Below, in pieces: positions 31,873 to 40,610 of a stretch of 64,000 nt of DNA. Position numbers and translations under genes: made by a program. The notes under the pieces are model-generated. The model saw nothing but the letters and a program-made list of their open reading frames with translations. It did not search any database and was not told the origin of the DNA. The DNA is from Andalucia godoyi And28 (Eukaryota > Protista > Jakobida), in contig VRVR01000062.1 of NCBI GenBank assembly GCA_009859145.1, positions 89,051 through 153,050 of the forward strand. Reading direction: 5' to 3'. The first letter of the stretch is position 1, and every line of letters begins with the position of its first letter.

Positions 31873-32640
31873 ATGGGCAAGTTGCGTCAGGTGGGCTACT
31901 CGGTGTCTCCGCCCGTGTTTCATTTCATCTATATTGACGAGTCGTCTCGCAAGCTTCGTGATCGGCGCATTTCGATTCATGCGCCGACGCTCCCGAGTGC
32001 GTTGCAGCTCATTCCCGAGCGTCTGAGTGCTGCACTCTATGAAAAACACGCAGATGTCCTCGGTGCTTCTTTGTACTCTCCTGCCCGCCTGCTGTCCATG
32101 GTGACGCGCTTCCGCACTGCTCTCGTTGAACGGTACTCTGCTTCCACAGTTGCATCATCATCATCATCATCATCGTTGTCGTCGGCGGCGGTGGGAGTGG
32201 GAGCATCGACAGGGGCAGGAAAGAAGATGCATGAACTTGACGAGTCGGAATCGGTGAATTCGAGCATGGCCGACGATAATGGTGCTGATGGAGATGCTGG
32301 CCACCGGCACACACAGGACAGAGGGTTGGACAAGAAGGGAAAGACCATGCATTCGACTCTTTTCCAGAATCTCGAGATTTCATTCGACGACAACGACAAC
32401 AACGATGACAACGACAACAACGACGACAACGACAATGACGACGGCGGCATGATCGACGGGGACTTGAATAGGGTGTCCGAGGCCGAGCTGCAGCATGCAA
32501 AGAAAAAGATGGAGCGCGCATTCGTGATGAATCAGCGCAAGCCCGGAGATCCTGGATTCGAGTATGATGTGCGGCGTGAGTTTGCGCCACGAGAAAAGTC
32601 TGAGTGGGACAGCGACGACGACGACGATGACAAGTTCTAA
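31873..32640 (+). CDS. CEP19: Centrosomal/basal-body protein CEP19 (~255 aa)
   Basis: N-terminal VGYSVSPPVFHFIYIDESSRKLRDRRISI and C-terminal DLNRVSEAELQHAKKKMERAFVMNQRKPGDPGFEYDVRREF...W match the two conserved CEP19 blocks. Confidence 0.88.
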   Translation: MGKLRQVGYSVSPPVFHFIYIDESSRKLRDRRISIHAPTLPSALQLIPERLSAALYEKHADVLGASLYSPARLLSMVTRFRTALVERYSASTVASSSSSSSLSSAAVGVGASTGAGKKMHELDESESVNSSMADDNGADGDAGHRHTQDRGLDKKGKTMHSTLFQNLEISFDDNDNNDDNDNNDDNDNDDGGMIDGDLNRVSEAELQHAKKKMERAFVMNQRKPGDPGFEYDVRREFAPREKSEWDSDDDDDDKF

Positions 32641-32699
32641 TGCCGAGCGATAACATGGCAGGAAAAATAATTTACTGATGGTTTCTTGTGAATCACGGA

Positions 32700-34436
32700 T
32701 CACGAGGTGGACGACCCAGTGATAACTACTTCTCGTGCAGGTGCACGGAGATTATAGAAGGACGACATGACACGGCCATACGCCCCTGCATTGGCGATGC
32801 ACAACACATCTCCTGGTCGTGTGTCTGCCAAATCCGTTCTTTTGAACCCGATCACATCCCCTGTCTCGCATATCGGTCCCACCACATCCACTACCGCCAC
32901 TGCCAGTTCAAGCTCCCGTTCCCGTTGCTGTTGCGGTTTTTCCTTGGAATGACGAAGAAGGGAGGACAGATTGACAATGTTGTGATGGGCATTGTACAAC
33001 GCAGGTCGAATGAGACTGTTCATCCCAGCATCGATTCCCACAAATGCTCTGTCGCCCTTCTGTTTCACCTGGGTGACCGTGGCCAGCAATATTCCTGCAT
33101 CCGAGCACACAAATCGCCCCGGCTCCATCCAAATTTGCAACTTCTTCTTCTGCCCTCCTTCCCCTGCGCCACCAGCGCCACCGCTCGTTTCTCGTGCACG
33201 CTTCCATGCCCGAAGACCCTCTGCAAGGTCATCGAGGTATGCATCTCCCGCATCAATTCCCAGTCCACCACCAATGTCGATGCTTGCGACATCCGGAAGG
33301 AGGCCCGAATCGACGAGTGCCGCTAGAGTCGTTGCCGAGTTGATCCAGAACTGCGGGTCCGTGACGCCAGACCCCACGTGGGCATGAAGCCCCGTGATAG
33401 TGCACCCAATCGCCGCACACTCTCGCACCACCCGTTCCAACCCTGCATCTCCTCCGTCCTCTCCCGCGTCGATGCTGATCCCGAACTTGGACTGCTTGCC
33501 AGCCGTGCGCACTTTTTCATGGTGTCCAGCACCCTGGCCACCCGGATCCAGGCGCAGAACGAGGCCGCGCCGGCCCGCAAAGACCTCGGGATACTCGAGC
33601 AGCGGACCACAATTGTCGAGCGTCACATGCACTCCAGCCTCAAATGCCCACTCGTACTCGCACCGCGCGCAAAAGTTCGGCGTAAACAAGATGCGGCTGC
33701 GCTCCAGTTGCGGGAACAGCGCCAGCACATGCCGGATCTCAGCCCACGAGACACATTCAAATCCAACGCCGTGCGCTTCAACCTCGGCCAGCAGCGCCGG
33801 GTGCCAGTTGGCCTTGAGCGCATAGAACAGGCGGTCGACGGGCATCTTCGACGTCAGCTTCTTTAGCTGGTTCGCCACCGTCGGCAAACTGTACACGTAC
33901 AGCGGCGACGACGCGCTCCCACTGCCACCCACCAGAGCGGCTAGTGCCGAGGCTGTTTCTGCCGAGGCCGCGTACCACTCGCGCGACGAAGCTTCAAGAG
34001 ACGCGACAACACTCGTTGACCCGTTGGCGGCCACCGTCAGCACAGCCTGCAGCGGCGTCGGGCCGTGGCGCGCAATCAGCGAGAGCGTATCTCGCACCGC
34101 GGGAGCCAGAAACGGAAGCGAGTCGAAAAATGACGACGACGACGACGACGACGACGACGTTGGAATCGGCAGCACTGCAAGAACCCGCCATTCGCTGGGG
34201 ATCAAACTGTCGTACAAGATAAACCGCACGGTCACTTCTTCAGGCGCTTTGCCTTGTCCGTCCCCGGCCCCTATCCCAGCCACAGTCGCAGCCACTGCAT
34301 GGGGGGAAGTGTAGACTACGACGGATTCGCTTTGATCATCACGACTCGGCCCCGCATACAGAACCGTTGATTCAGGCGGGACACTGCCTAGCACGCTCGA
34401 GAGACCTTGTATGGTCGTCCTAATCGCCCATGCCAT
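32700..34436 (-). CDS. lysA: Diaminopimelate decarboxylase (LysA), resembling the decarboxylase half of bacterial bifunctional aspartokinase-DAPDC (LysAC), with a ~175-aa N-terminal extension (578 aa)
   Basis: YALKAN (PLP lysine), FECVS, LFTPNF, GHHEKVRTAGKQSKFG, HAHVGSG, DIGGGLG, MEPGRF, GMNSLIRPALY, GPICETGD (catalytic Cys), AGAYG..MSS.YN. Confidence 0.93.
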   Translation of the reverse strand: MAWAIRTTIQGLSSVLGSVPPESTVLYAGPSRDDQSESVVVYTSPHAVAATVAGIGAGDGQGKAPEEVTVRFILYDSLIPSEWRVLAVLPIPTSSSSSSSSSFFDSLPFLAPAVRDTLSLIARHGPTPLQAVLTVAANGSTSVVASLEASSREWYAASAETASALAALVGGSGSASSPLYVYSLPTVANQLKKLTSKMPVDRLFYALKANWHPALLAEVEAHGVGFECVSWAEIRHVLALFPQLERSRILFTPNFCARCEYEWAFEAGVHVTLDNCGPLLEYPEVFAGRRGLVLRLDPGGQGAGHHEKVRTAGKQSKFGISIDAGEDGGDAGLERVVRECAAIGCTITGLHAHVGSGVTDPQFWINSATTLAALVDSGLLPDVASIDIGGGLGIDAGDAYLDDLAEGLRAWKRARETSGGAGGAGEGGQKKKLQIWMEPGRFVCSDAGILLATVTQVKQKGDRAFVGIDAGMNSLIRPALYNAHHNIVNLSSLLRHSKEKPQQQRERELELAVAVVDVVGPICETGDVIGFKRTDLADTRPGDVLCIANAGAYGRVMSSFYNLRAPAREVVITGSSTS

Positions 34437-34537
34437 TTATTTTTTCTTTCTCCCGCTCCCTCCCCAATAAAAATTCCGAGCTGTCCTCTTCCTTTTTGTT
34501 GTTGTCTTTCTTGCTGCACCAGCCCCAGCAACAACAG

Positions 34538-34572
<35 letters not shown>

Positions 34573-34664
34573 GCAGGTGCTTGGATGAAGCGAACAGGCA
34601 AATCGAATAAGAAAGGAGTGGATGAGTGCGGCTTTTGATGCAACAACACAGGACGACCTTGATG

Positions 34665-35153
34665 CTACGAAACTACAGTCGCCGATTTCGCGTTGATGCA
34701 TGTCTTGGCGCCTGCGATGCCGGCGACGAGGGCTGCGACGCCAAGGACGGGCGATGCGATGCCGTAGACGACGCCGATCGCGACGGCGGATGGACCATCG
34801 AGCTCCGGGACCCTGTGGCTGAGGTACATGAGACAACCGTTGGAAAAGGACGAGAATGTGGACAGGCCGCCGAGGAACCCTGAGGACAGACCTGCCAGCA
34901 CGTGCTCCGCCGCCGTCACCGCCGTAACGGACCTGGGGCTCGACGCCGACGACGGCAGCAGAATGGATACCCACACTTGATGCAAAGCGCCGATGCAGAA
35001 CGATGCAAGGATGTTGACGAGAAGGACGGGAACCAGCGGCTGCACCGCGGGATACGGTCCGAAGAGCAGCATCGCGCCCTGTCGTAGGAGCACTCCTGCG
35101 ATCCCAAACACTCCGACAAGCAGCAGTCGCCAAGGACTCCACGCACTGTGCAT
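34665..35153 (-). CDS. crcB: Single-domain Fluc/CrcB fluoride channel (~162 aa)
   Basis: GVFGIAGVLLRQ (TM1 G...R), VNILASF (conserved Asn), GFLGGLSTFSSF (Fluc signature), four hydrophobic helices. ATG at 35153; the track ORF starts at an upstream GTG. Confidence 0.88.
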   Translation of the reverse strand: MHSAWSPWRLLLVGVFGIAGVLLRQGAMLLFGPYPAVQPLVPVLLVNILASFCIGALHQVWVSILLPSSASSPRSVTAVTAAEHVLAGLSSGFLGGLSTFSSFSNGCLMYLSHRVPELDGPSAVAIGVVYGIASPVLGVAALVAGIAGAKTCINAKSATVVS

Positions 35154-35381
35154 TCTACTCGACCAACGCCGTCGTCGCCTCCAAAATAAATTTAAGAAAA
35201 CAAACAAGCAAACAAACACAAACACAACCACAACCACAAACCCATCCGCGCATCGTGTCTTTTAAAGTGCGCGTTGCCGTTGTTGTGTGGAAGAGCCGGG
35301 AAGAGGAAAAGAACAAGGCGCGCATTACAGCAGGTCCTCCGGGTTTTTTTTTTTAATGGACAAGACGGAGACTTACTTTTT

Positions 35382-35780
35382 TTACTGGTGCGTGGAGAAC
35401 GGCTGGTAGATGCCAAAAGTGTTTCCCTCGGTGTCGATGAGATAGGCGTGGAAGCAGCGTCCTGGAACCGTGAATTTGGGCAGCGCGATTCTGCCGCCGA
35501 GCTCCACCGCGCGCTGCACGACATCGTCCACGTCTGCGACTTGAAACGAGCACACAAATGCATTCGTTCCGCTCTCGGTACTCGGAGGAGCCGCGCACGG
35601 ACGCCTCAGCACGCCTCCGCACGCCCCTTTGTTCGCACTTGTCGTCGTTGTGCAAATGCGGTGGTACTCGATTTCGAGCGGCAGTTCAGTCGCCAGAGAA
35701 AACCGCCATCCAAATAAGGCGCTGTAAAAGGCACAGGCGCGCTGTACGTTGTCGGCTTGAATCTCAAAGTACACACTCAT
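35382..35780 (-). CDS. VOC / glyoxalase / bleomycin-resistance family protein (~132 aa)
   Basis: YFEIQADNVQRACAFYSALFGWRF...GG....VCSFQVADVDDVVQRAVELGGRIALPKFTVPG..FHAYLIDTEGNTFGIYQ follows the bacterial VOC pattern. ATG at 35780. Confidence 0.9.
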   Translation of the reverse strand: MSVYFEIQADNVQRACAFYSALFGWRFSLATELPLEIEYHRICTTTTSANKGACGGVLRRPCAAPPSTESGTNAFVCSFQVADVDDVVQRAVELGGRIALPKFTVPGRCFHAYLIDTEGNTFGIYQPFSTHQ

Positions 35781-36174
35781 TCGTCTTGCACAGTGGATCT
35801 TCACTCTCCTCGATTTCCTGGCCCGTACTCTCTCCTCTCTCCTCTCTCCTCTCTCCTCTCTCTCTTCGACTGAGTTCGGGCCTGGGGGAGTCGGGAATTT
35901 GCATGGAATTGGCATCGTTGAGTCGCTTGATGGATCCGGGTCCTCTTTGTGCCCTCACCTCCAGGCCCAATGCGAAAAAGTCGTGAATCCATCCGGCCAG
36001 TCGAGTTTTGTCATATTGCAGGTCGTTTTCCTTTGGCTGTTCTCGGATCCTGTTTTCCTGTTTTCCTGTTTTCCTGTTTTTCCTGTTTTCCTTTTTCTTT
36101 TTCCTTTCCGCGCTTTCCCCCCTCCCTTTTCTATTTTGTTTGTTCCTGTAATTTCATACGTACACACACGAAAG

Positions 36175-37611
36175 ATGGTTCTTCATTTGATTGGAATGGC
36201 TGCTGGTGCGCATTCTCATTCGCAGCAGCACTCACAGAACCCGAGCTACAATCCGCAGGCGTGCCAGCGAGACCCGGTGCACAACCCGTTTTCTCTGGAT
36301 GTGCTGTACATGCCGATTCCAGAGACAGTGATGCCGACCGGCAGCTTGTCTGTATCCACTGCGGCGCTGGCCCAGTCGTATGCATGCATGCCGCACTCGA
36401 TTCCTGCGTCGAATGCGGTGGTCACCGGCGGCGCGCTCCTTGTTCTCTCGGCACAGGCAGGACTGCTGCACGAGTCGTACGACGGATGCGATCCCGCAAC
36501 GCCATTCCGGCTTGGGACGGCTTCGCATGCGTTTGTCTCACTTGCAGCACTGCTGGCATCGTCATTGGGACTGATCCCGGCGATGGATGCACCAGTGGCG
36601 CAGTGCATTACCGAGTGGGCAGCCGATCCGTTGAAGGCGCGGATTACGCTGCGGCAGCTGCTTGAGTGCACCTCGACGCTAGACCCGGGATCGATTCAGA
36701 GCCCTGCGCCGCCGTCCAATGCGCTGTGGGCTCCGTGCACGGGAGGGCCGTTCCGATATGGATCGACGCCGTACCAGGTGGTGCTGGAGGTGCTTTCTCG
36801 GGGAGTGACCAGACCAAGCATCGCCGGGTCTGTCGTGCTGGGTGGGCTCGCGATGCCTTGCTCGCTGGACGACTTTATGAACTACTTTTTCAGGGAAAAG
36901 ATCGGAATGCGGTCATTTGTGTTTTCGGTCATGGAGGGTGTTAGCATCAATGCACGAGACGCTGGGCTGATCGGGGATTACATGATTCGCAGGAGATGCG
37001 ATGGACTGATTGCTGACCAGGTTGTCCAATCGCTGTTTGACGGGTCCAAAGTGAATCCGTCATTTGGGTGCGGATGGTGGTGTGCATACTCGGCGGTCGT
37101 CGATCGATCTGGAAAACAGAAAAAGGGCGCTGTCCAGCTGCCAATCGATGTGGAGGCGGCAGTCGGTGAGGCCGGACAGAGAATCTATGTTTCGTTCCGA
37201 CACGGATTCACCGTCGTCCGACTTCCCAAGGAAGCCCGAGGTGAAATTCAAACCGTCTATCCTGCACAACAAGCGGATCTGAAGTCGCAACCAGAGCCGC
37301 AGCCGCAGCCGCAGCCCCAAGCCCCTGTTGTAGGCCAGTACGGAGCATACAGCCTGAGCCCCAGCCCCAGCACCAGCCCTGCTCAACCACAATCGCAGCC
37401 GGCGTATGGACAGGCACAGCAGCCGACGTATGGACAGGCACAGCAGCCGGCGTATGGACAGGCACAACAGCCGGCGTATGGACAACAGGCGTATGGCCAG
37501 CCGCAGATGTATGTGCCTCAGGGTACTCCGTGGTCAGATTACGAGTTTTTGATGGCACTTGCATATGGAGTCCAAGTGCAGCATGTCCAACCGCAGTCCC
37601 AGCGAGGTTGA
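36175..37611 (+). CDS. Beta-lactamase / serine hydrolase / PBP-fold protein (~478 aa) with an altered SxxK motif and a Q/P/Y/G-rich insertion
   Basis: LLHESY....TPFRLGTASHAF, ITLRQLL..TS.L, PFRYG, FREKIGM, INARD...IG, FGCGWW, AAVGEAGQRIYV....TVVR, WSDYEFL. ATG at 36175. Confidence 0.8.
   Translation: MVLHLIGMAAGAHSHSQQHSQNPSYNPQACQRDPVHNPFSLDVLYMPIPETVMPTGSLSVSTAALAQSYACMPHSIPASNAVVTGGALLVLSAQAGLLHESYDGCDPATPFRLGTASHAFVSLAALLASSLGLIPAMDAPVAQCITEWAADPLKARITLRQLLECTSTLDPGSIQSPAPPSNALWAPCTGGPFRYGSTPYQVVLEVLSRGVTRPSIAGSVVLGGLAMPCSLDDFMNYFFREKIGMRSFVFSVMEGVSINARDAGLIGDYMIRRRCDGLIADQVVQSLFDGSKVNPSFGCGWWCAYSAVVDRSGKQKKGAVQLPIDVEAAVGEAGQRIYVSFRHGFTVVRLPKEARGEIQTVYPAQQADLKSQPEPQPQPQPQAPVVGQYGAYSLSPSPSTSPAQPQSQPAYGQAQQPTYGQAQQPAYGQAQQPAYGQQAYGQPQMYVPQGTPWSDYEFLMALAYGVQVQHVQPQSQRG
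37396..37500 (+). repeat. Intragenic 24-bp tandem repeat encoding QPAYGQAQ, about 4 copies
   Basis: CAGCCGGCGTATGGACAGGCACAG units start at 37396, 37420, 37444 and 37468. Confidence 0.92.
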
Positions 37612-37866
37612 TCGCTCTTTTTGTTTTGCATGTTTTTGTGAATTCGCAATAAAAAGTTACGTAGTGTATCGACGACCGGTATTTTTCTTTACTTGGTAGA
37701 AAAACGCACGCGACCTGCTGTTTACTGTACACGAGCTCCTGAAGCAAGCACAAGCAGTTCGCCGCAGTGAATCACATTTGCCACTCGTCTGATCAGAGGC
37801 AAGAAGAAGCAATGAGGCAAAAAAGGAAGCGAAAAGAAGAAGATCACGAGAAGAGGATACCGATAG

Positions 37867-38439
37867 ATGAACTCGTTGGTAGATCTGTCGAAGCTGGATC
37901 CGACGATTGTGCTCGACATCCGGTACGCCACAGCCGACAATTTCACGCACAGTGCCGTGTACCCGCCTCCTTCTGCAACGTGTTCGCTGGCGTATCTTGT
38001 GAGCGATGCGGCGAGAGGGCTTGTTGCCGCACACCGGTATCTACACGACCACCACAGCGGCCTGCGCATCAAAGTGTGGGATGCATACCGGCCGTTGCAC
38101 GTCCAGCGACTGTTCTGGGGTCTTGTCCCAGATACTCGTTTTGTGGCAGATCCTGCCGTTGGGTCCAAGCACAACCGTGGCTGTGCAGTGGATGCTACGA
38201 TTGTGGATGCCAGTGGCCAGAACGAGCTGGACATGGGCACAGGATTTGATGAGTTTTCCGAGCGAGCGTCCGTGTCGCACGTGGACGGCCTCACCGCGCA
38301 GCAGCTGCAAAATCGACAGTTGCTCTGGGACGCAATGCACCGTGCCGGATTCACAGTGCACCCAAGCGAATGGTGGCATTTTGACTTTCACGGATGGGAA
38401 TCATACCCAATTCTCGACATTCCCTTTGACCACCTTTGA
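37867..38439 (+). CDS. ddpX: D-alanyl-D-alanine dipeptidase (VanX/DdpX, peptidase M15D), 190 aa
   Basis: LDIRYAT.DNF...VY, KVWDAYRP (Arg), SKHNRGCAVD (zinc His/Asp), LDMGTGFDEF, NRQLL..AM...GF, SEWWHF (catalytic Glu and zinc His). Confidence 0.95.
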   Translation: MNSLVDLSKLDPTIVLDIRYATADNFTHSAVYPPPSATCSLAYLVSDAARGLVAAHRYLHDHHSGLRIKVWDAYRPLHVQRLFWGLVPDTRFVADPAVGSKHNRGCAVDATIVDASGQNELDMGTGFDEFSERASVSHVDGLTAQQLQNRQLLWDAMHRAGFTVHPSEWWHFDFHGWESYPILDIPFDHL

Positions 38440-38450
38440 CCCCTCTCTCT

Positions 38451-38522
38451 TTCTCGCCTTCTCGCCTTCTCGCCTTCTCGCCTTCTCGCCTTCTCGCCTT
38501 CTCGTCTTCTCGCCTTCTCGCC
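38451..38522 (+). repeat. Tandem repeat, 8-bp unit TTCTCGCC x9 (one variant)
   Basis: Read directly; it begins 11 bp after the ddpX stop. Confidence 0.95.
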
Positions 38523-38963
38523 TGCTTTCCACTCCAATAAAACATCGAAATCCAACGCGCGGTGTGGGGGAGATAGGACTGTCCTGCCGACTGTAAAAAG
38601 AAAAACGAACGGAAAAAGCCAAAAAAATAATAATAGAAATCCGTTAATCGACGAATCGACAATCGTCAATTCCGTAGTTCGTACTATGGAAAACATGAAA
38701 ACTGAGGAAATACTCCGGTTCTTTGATCACTGATGGCTGATCTACATTGTCGTCGTCGTCGCTGTCGTTGTTTCCCTTTTTATTGTTATTGGTTTTTTAA
38801 ATATTACTTTTGATGTCAAAAAAATCAAAAAGAAAAATTCCCTCGAGTTTTCGTTATCTTTTAGTTTGAAAAAAGAAGGGGGATTATTATTATATCATCA
38901 TCATCATCATCATAATAATAATATTTTTTTGCTTTCTTCTTCTTTGGGTTCAGTCGAAACAGG

Positions 38964-40397
38964 ATGTTTTACCGTGACGAGTATGATGCGAGTGGCGAGC
39001 GGCCGTCGTCTTCAGCGGCTGTGAGCGGTCGTGCAAATGCGCCTCCCGGGGCAGTGTATGATGATGAACTGTCCTCGGAAGATGCAGTCATTGCGCAGAA
39101 GATGGAGCGGATGAAGATGGCTGCACAGCGACGGCCGGGTTCTGCACGGCCCAATGCGCTGCGTGTCCAGACACCCGTTCTGCCACCACCTTCGTCTTCG
39201 TCGGCCGCCCAACAAGGGCAGTCAGGGCTTTTCTCGCCGTCAAGGTCCGGCTTACAGTCACAATCACAGTCGCAGTCGCAGTCGGCGGGCCAGATGGGCG
39301 GGAGGTCGCTTGCGGAGGAGTTTGCCGCAGAGCAAGCCAGACATCTTGCGCCGTCGCAGCGAGCGCAAGCTGCGTCTTCATCCTTTTCTGCGTCGTCATC
39401 GGGGTCTGGAGCTGGGATGCTTCAGTTCCAGTCACCGAGTGATGATGAAGAGTCGAATGACATTGACGGTGTGCAGGATATCCACGACGCCACGGGTTCT
39501 GGATCTCTGAAAGCAATGGCGAGTAATGCAAACAACAACAACAACAACAACAAGGATCTGCCAGTGGGGCCTGCACCGCTCATGACTCCGTCAAGCAGGT
39601 CTTCTTCGTCGGCTGTGCGAGCAAGTGCGTTTGCAGCGGCAGAAGTGAAGCTTGATCTGTCTGGAAATCGAGCCGAGGCGCTGTTTGGACCGGCTCCAAA
39701 GGGCGGCCGTGTGCAGTGTTATGTCAGGAGAATCAAGGGGGGTCTCAAGAAATGGAGGCCGCAGTACTACATGTACATGCAGGACGGAGATGCATTTCTG
39801 CTGGCTGCAAAGAAGAGGGGTGGAAACAAGACGGCTTCGTATCTCGTGAGCTTGTCCCAGGACGCGCTGGCGCGGGACTCGGAACATTATTTTGGGAAGC
39901 TCAGATCAAACTTCCTTGGAACAGAGTTTCGGCTGTATGACAATGGAGAGAACCCAGAGAAGGGGAAGAAGGGCTTGGCGCGCAGGGACCTGGGAATCGT
40001 GCTTTACGAACCAAATCTCCTTGGCAATAAGGGGCCGCGCAGGATGACGGTCGTGGTTCCGCAGGCCGAGGTGGAAGTCCGGCCGCGAACCGAAAAGGAT
40101 TCCATCTATGAACGATTCAAGCAGGCGCGCCTGGAGGATCTTGCGTGTCTGCGCAACAAGGAGCCGGTGTGGAACGATCACTTGAAAGCGTATGTCCTCA
40201 ATTTCGGTGGCCGCGTCACCATGGCATCTGTCAAGAACTTCCAGCTCATCGATGCCGACAGGCCGTCTGATGTCATCATGCAGTTCGGAAAGGTTGACGA
40301 GAATACGTTTACCCTCGACTTTGCGAATCCCTTGTCCGCACTTCAAGCGTTTCTAATCGCGCTCTCCTCGTTTGACCACAAGCTTGCCTGCGAGTGA
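38964..40397 (+). CDS. TULP: Tubby-like protein (477 aa)
   Basis: Disordered N-terminus, then a tubby domain: VQCYVRR, FLLAAKKR....TASYLVS, GKLRSNFLGTEF, NLLGNKGPRRM, NKEPVWND...YVLNFGGRVTMASVKNFQ, KLACE. Confidence 0.97.
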   Translation: MFYRDEYDASGERPSSSAAVSGRANAPPGAVYDDELSSEDAVIAQKMERMKMAAQRRPGSARPNALRVQTPVLPPPSSSSAAQQGQSGLFSPSRSGLQSQSQSQSQSAGQMGGRSLAEEFAAEQARHLAPSQRAQAASSSFSASSSGSGAGMLQFQSPSDDEESNDIDGVQDIHDATGSGSLKAMASNANNNNNNNKDLPVGPAPLMTPSSRSSSSAVRASAFAAAEVKLDLSGNRAEALFGPAPKGGRVQCYVRRIKGGLKKWRPQYYMYMQDGDAFLLAAKKRGGNKTASYLVSLSQDALARDSEHYFGKLRSNFLGTEFRLYDNGENPEKGKKGLARRDLGIVLYEPNLLGNKGPRRMTVVVPQAEVEVRPRTEKDSIYERFKQARLEDLACLRNKEPVWNDHLKAYVLNFGGRVTMASVKNFQLIDADRPSDVIMQFGKVDENTFTLDFANPLSALQAFLIALSSFDHKLACE

Positions 40398-40610
40398 GAT
40401 TAAATACAACCTGGTTTTAAAAACATAATGATAATAATAATTATTATTACCTCCTCCTCCTCCTCCTTCTTCTTTTGTTGTTCCTGTGTTTGTTTTCATT
40501 TATTTATTCATTCATTTGCTTCATGCATGGATTTCGTTGTATTCGAGTATGTACGGTTCATCGGTGTAGGAGCATACGGCGACGTGGTGGGATCCTATCC
40601 AGGCGATTTC

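Noticed and set aside
32700-38439. Bacterial contamination or chimeric contig as the explanation for the island
   Set aside because: The spacers carry the same microsatellite and poly-pyrimidine style as the rest of the window, the genes contain eukaryote-style poly-S and Q/P inserts, and the spacing is not operon-tight. Long reads are still needed for a formal exclusion.
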